From positions 7,739 through 71,738 of the forward strand of contig JAHFEG010000009.1 in assembly GCA_023248595.1 (NCBI GenBank): a stretch of 64,000 nucleotides of DNA, given 5' to 3'. Below, piece after piece: positions 56,804-64,000 of the stretch (positions within the stretch are counted from its first letter, which is position 1; every line of letters starts with the position of its first letter). Origin of the DNA: Myxococcales bacterium. Lineage in GTDB: Bacteria > Myxococcota > UBA727 > JABDBI01. Under the pieces are notes generated by a model that saw nothing but the letters and a program-made list of their open reading frames with translations, was not told the DNA's origin and did not search any database. The translations under genes and the position numbers were made by a program.

Positions 56804-57311
56804 AGATTTCCGCTCCAAAGGAGCAACCCGTGCAACAGCCCAGGGTTAAGCGCAGCGGTACCCTGGGAGAAACATATCCCCTAACAAAATCGCCCTGAAG
56901 GGGCAAAGACTAATCCCATAAATATTTTTCATCGAATGAAAGACAGGTGTTTTTTAAAAATAGACGCATCTCATCTTGAAAACTATTTTGTTGATGGTGT
57001 TTTTCTTGTTCTCTAATGTATCGACGCACAAAATCAATTTTAGAAGAGCTTACCGAAAAAGCACCGCAGCCATTTTGCCAGGCAAAAGCAGCCATGTAAT
57101 AAAACAAATTAGGACGAATACGATCATTTAAAAACGCGTATCTGAATTGGGTGCTAAAATTAGGTGGATGTTAATTTCTGCGAGAGATTGGGCCATGCTT
57201 TTAATGCCCTTTCAGGGCGATTTGGATGGTGTTGCTGTGTTTTCCCAGGGTACCGCGCTTTGCGCTTAACCCTGGGCTGTTGCACGGGTTGCTCCTTTGG
57301 AGCGGAAATCT
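56804..57311. mobile_element. Defective REP-associated tyrosine transposase (RAYT/IS200-like) locus with inverted REP flanks
   Basis: 51-bp perfect terminal inverted match extending imperfectly to about 105 bp; hairpins CCCAGGGT..ACCCTGGG and GCCCT-GAA(A/G)-GGGC. Confidence 0.85.
56910..57196 (-). pseudogene. Y1 (HUH) transposase remnant
   Basis: MAQSLAEINIHLI, frameshift, STQFRYAFLNDRIRPNLFYYMA joined directly to FAWQNGCGAFSVS..YIREQEKHH..FDEKYLWD; HUH segment missing. Confidence 0.85.
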
Positions 57312-57342
57312 TTACGAAGCGCTACCACGTCACAAAATCCTT

Positions 57343-57380
57343 CCGAATTCTTACCGCTTGCCAACTTGGAAGCTTTAGGC
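57343..57380 (+). repeat. 38-bp direct repeat, copy 2, overlapping the probable pstS -35 (TTGCCA)
   Basis: Matches 56707-56744; followed by CATGAT -10-like box. Confidence 0.85.
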
Positions 57381-57416
57381 ATGATGTTCCGCAGTGTCTT
57401 TTATAAGGGGTAAAGC

Positions 57417-58412
57417 ATGCGAAATGTCTTAAGGGTCAGTCTCCTGGTTCTTTTTAGTGTCTGCGTAATTGGGGTAGGCGCTTGTAAGAGACAAAAAAAA
57501 AGTCAAATTCGCATTGATGGTTCAAGCACAGTATTTCCAATTACCGAAGCTGTTGCCGAAGAATTTCAGAAAAAAAATAGAAGTCGAGTTACCATCGGAA
57601 TTTCTGGAACGGGTGGCGGCTTTAAAAAGTTTTGCTCTAAAGAAGCTGCAATTGTACAAGCATCGCGACCTATCACCAGTATGGAAATCGAAATTTGTCG
57701 CAAAAATCAAGTTGAGTACATTGAGTTACCCATTGCCTACGACGGTATTGCCGTTGTTGTTCATCCTACCAATAACTGGGTGAGCGATATTTCAATCGAC
57801 GAATTAAAAAAGATTTGGGAACCAGCAGCACAAAATAAAATCACAAAATGGAATCAAATACGGCCTGAATGGCCCAATCAAAAAATTAATTTATTTGGAC
57901 CCGGAGTTGATTCGGGAACGTATGATTATTTTACAGAAGCTGTCGTGGGCAAAGCGCATGCTAGCCGTGGAGATGTGACTTCAAGTGAAGACGACAATGT
58001 CTTAGTTCAAGGTGTTGCCATGGATAAGTATGCGCTAGGTTTTTTTGGACTTGCTTACTACTCCGAGAACAAGGAAAAACTCAAAGGGCTTTCTGTCGCG
58101 GGAGTTTTGCCGTCTTTTGACACTGTCTCCGACGGAAAGTATCGACCATTGTCACGTGCCATTTTTATTTATGTTAATAAAAAGGATGCAGGCGCGGCAG
58201 ACGTAAAAGCGTTTGTTCAGTTTTATTTAAAAGAAGGAATACCCTTAATTCAAGAAGTAGGTTATGTGCCTTTGTCCGATAAAGCCTATGAATTAGTTAG
58301 AATACGATTCGATCAGCAAGTAATAGGGTCCATTTTCTCTGGTAGCGGGATAAATCAATCAGGGAAAGTAGAAAAGATTTTAAGTGGTGATCCTCATGGG
58401 TTCGGCGGTTAA
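57417..58412 (+). CDS. pstS: Phosphate ABC transporter substrate-binding lipoprotein
   Basis: IDGSSTVFPI, SGTGGGF, DSGTYDYF; lipobox VGAC. Confidence 0.96.
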   Translation: MRNVLRVSLLVLFSVCVIGVGACKRQKKSQIRIDGSSTVFPITEAVAEEFQKKNRSRVTIGISGTGGGFKKFCSKEAAIVQASRPITSMEIEICRKNQVEYIELPIAYDGIAVVVHPTNNWVSDISIDELKKIWEPAAQNKITKWNQIRPEWPNQKINLFGPGVDSGTYDYFTEAVVGKAHASRGDVTSSEDDNVLVQGVAMDKYALGFFGLAYYSENKEKLKGLSVAGVLPSFDTVSDGKYRPLSRAIFIYVNKKDAGAADVKAFVQFYLKEGIPLIQEVGYVPLSDKAYELVRIRFDQQVIGSIFSGSGINQSGKVEKILSGDPHGFGG

Positions 58413-59334
58413 GCTTAAACGGTTATTTGCAAGTATGAGAGAGGGAAATTTAAGAGCCATTTTTGAATTGCTCATGGAATTTCTGTTGCTATTGTGCGGC
58501 CTTGTCTGTGTTTTAACAACGCTCGCTGTGCTATTTGTTCTTGGTTATGAGACGTTTATTTTTTTTAAAAAAGTTTCTTTTTTCGATTTCTTGACAGATA
58601 CGCAGTGGACGCCTCTTTTTGCTGATAAGCATTTTGGTATTTTGCCTCTACTTGGAGGCACCATTTTGACGTCTGCCATTGCGATGATGGTGGCGCTGCC
58701 TTTTGGATTATTAGCAGCGATCTATTTGAGTGAATTTGCTTCTCAGGGCGCTCGAAGAACTTTAAAGCCGCTTCTTGAATTGCTGGCCGGGATTCCTACT
58801 GTTGTATATGGATATTTTGCTCTGATTTTCATGACACCTTTTTTGCAAAAAATTATTCCAAATCTTGCAGGTTTTAACGGATTAAGCCCCGGTATTGTAA
58901 TGGGCATTATGATTATCCCCATGGTTTCTTCTTTGAGTGAAGACGCGCTTTATGCGGTTCCGCAAAATTTGAAAGAGGCAAGCTATGCACTTGGTGCACG
59001 AAAGTTACTAACCATTTTTCACGTTGTAATTCCTTCTGCTTTTTCAGGGATTGCTGCAGCTATTACTTTGGCAACAGCCAGAGCGGTTGGGGAAACAATG
59101 ATTGTGACGATTGCTGCAGGACAAAGGCCAACATTTACCCTTGATCCAAGGGTGCCAATTGAAACTATGACGGCCTATATCGTACAGGTCAGCATGGGAG
59201 ATACGCCGAGAGGAACTTTAGAGTATCAGACTATTTTTGCAGTTGGTTCTTCTTTGTTTGCGCTTACCTTTGGAATTAATTGGTGGAGCCAGCGATTGGC
59301 GAGACGTCGACGTTTGGATAGTGCATGCAATTAA
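58396..59334 (+). CDS. pstC: Phosphate ABC permease
   Basis: [27 protein letters not shown]. Confidence 0.96.
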   Translation: MGSAVKLKRLFASMREGNLRAIFELLMEFLLLLCGLVCVLTTLAVLFVLGYETFIFFKKVSFFDFLTDTQWTPLFADKHFGILPLLGGTILTSAIAMMVALPFGLLAAIYLSEFASQGARRTLKPLLELLAGIPTVVYGYFALIFMTPFLQKIIPNLAGFNGLSPGIVMGIMIIPMVSSLSEDALYAVPQNLKEASYALGARKLLTIFHVVIPSAFSGIAAAITLATARAVGETMIVTIAAGQRPTFTLDPRVPIETMTAYIVQVSMGDTPRGTLEYQTIFAVGSSLFALTFGINWWSQRLARRRRLDSACN

Positions 59335-60182
59335 AAAAGTCAGATTACATTTTGGAAAAAATGTTTGAAGGCATATGTCTGACGGCAGTTTTATTGCCGT
59401 TGCTGATTTTGTTAATGTTGCTTTTTAATGTATTTAGCGATGGGCTTGGGCGGTTGAGCTTTGATTTTATTTTTGGGTTTCCCTCTCGAAATCCAGATTT
59501 GGCAGGAATTTATCCCGCCATGATTGGAAGTATTTTACTGATCAGTTTAAGTGCGATGATTGGTTTGCCCATTGGCGTAGGGGCAGCAGTTTATTTAGAG
59601 GAATATGGAAAAAACCATAAAATAGCGCATTTGATCGAGATAAATGTAGCGAATTTAGCGGGCGTACCCTCTATTATTTATGGGCTTTTGGGGTTGGAAA
59701 TTTTTGTTCGTATTTTAGGATTTGGGCATAGCATTTTAGCGGGTGCGGCAACGATGGCTTTGCTGATATTGCCAATTGTCATTACTGCTTCCAGAGAAGC
59801 TTTACGAACCGTTCCATTGCACTTTCGGGAAAGTTGCTATGCGCTGGGTGCAACGAAATGGGAGGCGATACGTCAAGTTGTTTTACCCATGGCTCTTCCT
59901 GGTATTTTGACGGGTGCTATTTTGGCGGTATCGCGTGCCATTGGTGAGGCAGCCCCGTTGATTGTGATTGGTGCGGCCACCTATATGGCATTTGTTCCAG
60001 ATGGACTGGACTCAGACTTTACTGCGCTGCCAATTCAAATTTTTAACTGGGTATCAAGACCGCAAAAAGGTTTTTTGGTAAACGCGGCAGCTGGAATTGT
60101 CGTGTTGCTTTTTATTTTGCTGGTGTTAAATGGTATGGCGATTTGGCTTCGTAACCGTTATCAAAAACGGCGTTTGGTGTAG
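59325..60182 (+). CDS. pstA: Phosphate ABC permease
   Basis: [21 protein letters not shown]. Confidence 0.96.
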   Translation: MQLKKSDYILEKMFEGICLTAVLLPLLILLMLLFNVFSDGLGRLSFDFIFGFPSRNPDLAGIYPAMIGSILLISLSAMIGLPIGVGAAVYLEEYGKNHKIAHLIEINVANLAGVPSIIYGLLGLEIFVRILGFGHSILAGAATMALLILPIVITASREALRTVPLHFRESCYALGATKWEAIRQVVLPMALPGILTGAILAVSRAIGEAAPLIVIGAATYMAFVPDGLDSDFTALPIQIFNWVSRPQKGFLVNAAAGIVVLLFILLVLNGMAIWLRNRYQKRRLV

Positions 60183-60184
60183 GC

Positions 60185-60955
60185 GTGGTGGATTTGTCGC
60201 CCATTAAATTTCATGTTTCTCGGCTATCTGCATGGTACCGCGACAATTGCGTTCTAAATAAAATTTCGATTGATTTGCCTCATCGTCAGGTGACTGCCAT
60301 TATCGGGCCATCTGGTTGCGGTAAGTCGACATTTATACGCTGTCTTAATCGGATGCATGAATTAACCGAAGGCGCGCGTCTTGCAGGTGAAGTCAAATTA
60401 GACGGTCTAAATATTTACGATTCTTCAATCGATCCTGTTTTGTTAAGGCGTAGAGTTGGCATGGTTTTTCAAAAACCAAATCCTTTTCCAACTATGACCA
60501 TTTGGGAAAATGTATTAAGTGGTCTTAAACTGACTCACCGTCTTAAAAAAAATCAAAGTGCCCAAATCGTTGAATCAGCTCTTCGCAAGGCAGCCTTGTG
60601 GGACGAAGTAAAAGATAGATTGCATCGTCCAGGCGCAGGGTTGTCTGGTGGACAGCAACAGCGTCTTTGTATTGCTCGAACACTTGCGGTAGAGCCTGAG
60701 GTGATTTTGATGGATGAGCCTTGCTCTGCGCTTGATCCAATTGCAACCGCTCGCATTGAGGATTTGATTCATGAACTCAGAAAACAGTACACAATTGTGA
60801 TTGTGACGCACAATATGCAACAGGCTGCTCGTGTTTCTAATTTTACTGCTTTTTTTCTAAGCGGAGATTTGGTAGAATTCGCAGGAACGGGGCAGTTGTT
60901 TACTTCACCATCAGATAGTCGGACAGAAGACTATATTACTGGGAAATTTGGCTGA
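60185..60955 (+). CDS. pstB: Phosphate ABC ATPase
   Basis: [38 protein letters not shown]. Confidence 0.97.
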   Translation: MVDLSPIKFHVSRLSAWYRDNCVLNKISIDLPHRQVTAIIGPSGCGKSTFIRCLNRMHELTEGARLAGEVKLDGLNIYDSSIDPVLLRRRVGMVFQKPNPFPTMTIWENVLSGLKLTHRLKKNQSAQIVESALRKAALWDEVKDRLHRPGAGLSGGQQQRLCIARTLAVEPEVILMDEPCSALDPIATARIEDLIHELRKQYTIVIVTHNMQQAARVSNFTAFFLSGDLVEFAGTGQLFTSPSDSRTEDYITGKFG

Positions 60956-60985
60956 TCTCGTTGCTGGATGCAAAGGGAGATGGTG

Positions 60986-61669
60986 ATGCTCAAACAACAT
61001 ACGAACAGAGAATACGAAAACGAACTGATGCTCCTGCGGGAGCGGATTGCCCAAATGGCTTTTCGTGTTCAAGAAATGATCGACAAGTCTATAATTGCAT
61101 TGATGCATTCGGATTTAGAATTAGCAAGACACACAATTGAAATGGATCGTTTGGTTAACAGGGACGAGAAAGAGATCGATGAACTTTGTCTTGTTTTATT
61201 GGCAAAACGCCAACCGCTTGGAACAGATTTACGATTGATCGCGATTGTTTTAAAAATGGTGACAGACCTGGAACGTATCGGTGATCTTGCTGTGAATATT
61301 TGCGAAAGAACGATTAAGTTGCATAAAATATCAACAGTTGTTCCTCTTTTGTTGATTTCAAAAATGGCTAAAATCGTTCAGACTATGATTAGCGAGGTGA
61401 TTGACTCATTTATTAATTTGGATGCCATTAAGGCAGAGGCCGTGATCGCTCAAGATGATGAGGTGGACGAGCTATATCATTTAGCATTGCGCGAAACTTT
61501 AAAAATGATGCTGGAAAAAGAAAATTTAATTGAGCCATTGATTCAGGTTCAATCCGTTGCGAAATGGTTAGAGCGTATCGGTGATCATTGTACAAATCTT
61601 GCCGAGAAAGTCATTTTTGTTGTCCGCGGCACGGATATTCGTCATATGGGAAAAACAGAAAACCTCTAA
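60986..61669 (+). CDS. phoU: Phosphate signalling protein PhoU
   Basis: QP..TDLR, DLERIGD, LERIGDHCTNLAE. Confidence 0.96.
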   Translation: MLKQHTNREYENELMLLRERIAQMAFRVQEMIDKSIIALMHSDLELARHTIEMDRLVNRDEKEIDELCLVLLAKRQPLGTDLRLIAIVLKMVTDLERIGDLAVNICERTIKLHKISTVVPLLLISKMAKIVQTMISEVIDSFINLDAIKAEAVIAQDDEVDELYHLALRETLKMMLEKENLIEPLIQVQSVAKWLERIGDHCTNLAEKVIFVVRGTDIRHMGKTENL

Positions 61670-61755
61670 AAGGCGACCTTTAAGTTCAACGAGCGTGCCA
61701 ACTAAAAAAGTTGCAGATACAATCAATGACAACAATTGTTTCTATAGGACAAATT

Positions 61756-62019
61756 GTGATTGTGTGTCTGTGTGAAGGCATTTCTGAAACCGAAATTAAG
61801 CGATTGATAAAAAACGGCGCCGAATCTCTTGAAGATATCGAGAAGGAATGTGGAGCAGGAGGCAAGTGTGGTGGATGCTTGTGGCAATTAGTTGAAATAT
61901 TAGAAACAGAAAAACCACTAGATAAAAATGGCTCTCGTGATATGGCAAAAAAACCAACTTGCAAAACGTGGACTTGTATAATTGAGAAGGAAAGTAATTA
62001 TGGAAAAATCTCCTACTGA
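61756..62019 (+). CDS. bfd: Bacterioferritin-associated ferredoxin
   Basis: IVCLC...CGAGGKCGGC, directly upstream of bfr. Confidence 0.85.
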   Translation: MIVCLCEGISETEIKRLIKNGAESLEDIEKECGAGGKCGGCLWQLVEILETEKPLDKNGSRDMAKKPTCKTWTCIIEKESNYGKISY

Positions 62020-62485
62020 TAAAGCGGTTATATCGCTGCTGAATGATGTTTTGAGTGCGGAACTGACTGCGATTAATCAGTATTTTATTCATGCTGAATT
62101 GTGTAACCACTGGGGTTATACAAGGCTGTATAAATTGGTGCGTAAGCAGTCGATTGATGAAATGAAACATGCAGAGGAATTGATTGAGCGCGTTTTATAT
62201 CTCGGCGGTATTCCCAATATGCAGCGACTTTTTAAGGTTAATATTGGAGAAACCGTTCCAGAGCAATTTAAGTTAGATATGGATCTTGAAAAAGAAGCGA
62301 TTAGCCGATTAAACGAAGGTATTGCAGCTTGCAGGGTCGCTGCTGATCACGGCAGCATGATGTTATTACAAGAAATTTTAAAATCTGAAGAGGAACATTT
62401 AGACTGGTTAGATGCGCAAATAGAATTAATTAGAAATGTAGGAGAATCAAATTATCTGGCACAGCAAATCGTTTGCGATGCGTAA
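62000..62485 (+). CDS. bfr: Bacterioferritin
   Basis: [26 protein letters not shown]. Confidence 0.96.
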   Translation: MEKSPTDKAVISLLNDVLSAELTAINQYFIHAELCNHWGYTRLYKLVRKQSIDEMKHAEELIERVLYLGGIPNMQRLFKVNIGETVPEQFKLDMDLEKEAISRLNEGIAACRVAADHGSMMLLQEILKSEEEHLDWLDAQIELIRNVGESNYLAQQIVCDA

Positions 62486-62641
62486 AAATTAAAAAAGAGG
62501 CATCGGATATCTTAGCGATGTGCGGATAATTGAATTTCAATAGATTTCTCTCGAGACGCAGAAAATAAATTTCATTTTTTTGCGACGTGATTTCTGGCGG
62601 CGGCATGGAGCTTTCGCTAATGAAACACCCTGGGGAATTCG

Positions 62642-63232
62642 ATGAAAAGGTTTCTTTTATCGCTAGCGCTTACACTGGTTGCTCTGCCCGGCATGGCGGA
62701 CACTGTTCGTTTGGGTAATCCTGCCTATGGTGGAACAGGTTGCCCAGGAGGCTCTGCTTCAGCGGCCTTGAGTCCAGACGCTCAATCACTTAGCCTTTTG
62801 TTTGATCAATATGTTGTAGAAGCAGGTGGAAATTCTGGCAGAGTCACTGATCGCAAAACCTGTAATGTTGCGATACCTGTTCATATTCCCCAAGGAATGA
62901 GTCTTTCAATTTTCAAAGTAGACTACCGTGGCTTTAATAGCCTACCTTATGGGGCATACTCACAATTCAATGTCGAGTATTTCTTCGCTGGTTCACGTGG
63001 ACCAAGCTATAGCAAAACTTTTTATGGCTCACTAAACGACAACTATTTGTTAACCAATACGCTGGCAGCTTCCGCTATTGTTTGGTCCCCTTGTGGACAA
63101 GAAGTGATTTTGCGTTCTAACTCGAGCATGCTTGTTCGAACTAATAATCAAAGAAGTCAGGCTTTCGCAACGGTAGATAGTGCTGATTTTCGTGCAGGCT
63201 TAGTATACCATCTACAATGGCGTCGTTGCTAG
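62642..63232 (+). CDS. DUF4360 family secreted protein
   Basis: Signal peptide; YGGTGCP, RKTC, DYRG, WSPCG, WRRC. Confidence 0.88.
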   Translation: MKRFLLSLALTLVALPGMADTVRLGNPAYGGTGCPGGSASAALSPDAQSLSLLFDQYVVEAGGNSGRVTDRKTCNVAIPVHIPQGMSLSIFKVDYRGFNSLPYGAYSQFNVEYFFAGSRGPSYSKTFYGSLNDNYLLTNTLAASAIVWSPCGQEVILRSNSSMLVRTNNQRSQAFATVDSADFRAGLVYHLQWRRC

Positions 63233-63251
63233 TAAGCGGAATTAGAAAAAT

Positions 63252-63280
63252 AAAAACCACCCTGTTTGGGGTGGTTTTTT
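63252..63280. terminator. Bidirectional intrinsic terminator
   Basis: AAAAACCACCC-tgtttg-GGGTGGTTTTT between convergent genes. Confidence 0.85.
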
Positions 63281-63300
63281 AATTACGAGGACATATCTTT

Positions 63301-63891
63301 TTAGCAACGTTGCCATTTTAAATGATATTGAATCCCTGATTTAATATCCATGCTGTCGAGTGTAGACATGGCTTCTGCAAAATTAGGAGTTGTCTTGACA
63401 AACATGCTGGTATTGGCTCTCAAAATAACGTCTTGACCGCAGGGGGACCACGTTGTTGCTTGGCCAACCAAATCGCTGCTGAGTAAATAATTGTCAACCA
63501 AGGGACCGCTAAATGTTTTTGTGACACGCGGTCCACGTGAACCAGCGAAGAAATACTCGACATTGAATTGTGAGTATGCCCCATAAGGTAGATTATTAAA
63601 CCCTCGATAATCAATTTTGAAGATAGAGACGGTTAATCCTTGGGGCACGTGGACAGGAATACCGATGTTACAGGATTTTCGATCTCCTTGCTTTCCTGAA
63701 GTACCTCCTGTTTCGACGACAAACTGATCAAAAAGAATTGTTAGAGATTTTGCATCAGGACTCAAGGTGGCTGAAGCAGAACCGGCTGGGCAACCATTAC
63801 CGCCATAGGCAGGAATACCCAAACGAATATCATCAGCAAAGCTGGAAAAAGAGAAGAGGCCAACAATGGCAAGCAAGGAAACTTTCTTCAT
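63301..63891 (-). CDS. DUF4360 family secreted protein (paralog)
   Basis: Signal peptide; YGGNGCP, RKSC, DYRG, WSPCG, WQRC. Confidence 0.88.
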   Translation of the reverse strand: MKKVSLLAIVGLFSFSSFADDIRLGIPAYGGNGCPAGSASATLSPDAKSLTILFDQFVVETGGTSGKQGDRKSCNIGIPVHVPQGLTVSIFKIDYRGFNNLPYGAYSQFNVEYFFAGSRGPRVTKTFSGPLVDNYLLSSDLVGQATTWSPCGQDVILRANTSMFVKTTPNFAEAMSTLDSMDIKSGIQYHLKWQRC

Positions 63892-64000
63892 TTAAACTGT
63901 CCTGTTAAAGGATGGCCACGCATGATTGGCGGCCAAATGTTTGTAAAGAAAGTTATCCGCAGACTAGCGGTTTTGGTTTTTATAAAACAAAGAATTTTTG

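Noticed and set aside
56687-57416. att repeat of the tRNA-Asn 3' end closing the GT cassette
   Set aside because: No copy of CTGCGGAGCCA found; the island status of the cassette rests on position and composition only.

Overview
Bacterial chromosomal window, roughly 40-45% GC by eye. Gene content points to a Myxococcota/Bdellovibrionota-like lineage (Ig-repeat/Cys-rich lipoproteins, DUF4360 pair, IcmF, cmk-hisS); this is inference, no phylogeny was run. It is probably host-associated, since it carries a canonical ATP/ADP translocase, ankyrin and PPxY-motif membrane proteins, and peptide, amino-acid and fatty-acid uptake genes. The backbone is housekeeping: valS, tadA, folC, purM/N, metK, hisS, cmk, glpK, putA, etfAB, pstSCAB-phoU, bfd-bfr and four tRNAs (Arg-TCT, Val-TAC, Thr-CGT, Asn-GTT). 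Main discoveries: (1) The same leader architecture occurs three times: sigma70 promoter TTGC(A/T)T-18-TAnnnT, a 150-160 nt four-hairpin leader with compensatory changes, an internal antisense TTGACA promoter and an antisense terminator hairpin. It precedes two paralogous winged-helix genes (one splitting purM from purN) and an unrelated ORF6N-DnaA-domain-IV fusion, and is a candidate antisense-RNA-controlled module family. (2) A cassette after tRNA-Asn encodes five glycosyltransferase-family proteins that all carry lipoprotein-type signal peptides, and a sixth lies after valS. (3) Palindromic REP/RPE-like elements are translated in frame in the winged-helix paralogs. (4) A decayed REP-associated tyrosine transposase with long inverted flanks and a duplicated promoter segment lies in front of pstS. 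(5) Two otherwise diverged, convergent DUF4360 paralogs share a 62-bp identical tract. No CRISPR array, rRNA or integrase is visible. All calls come from reading the sequence, without database searches.
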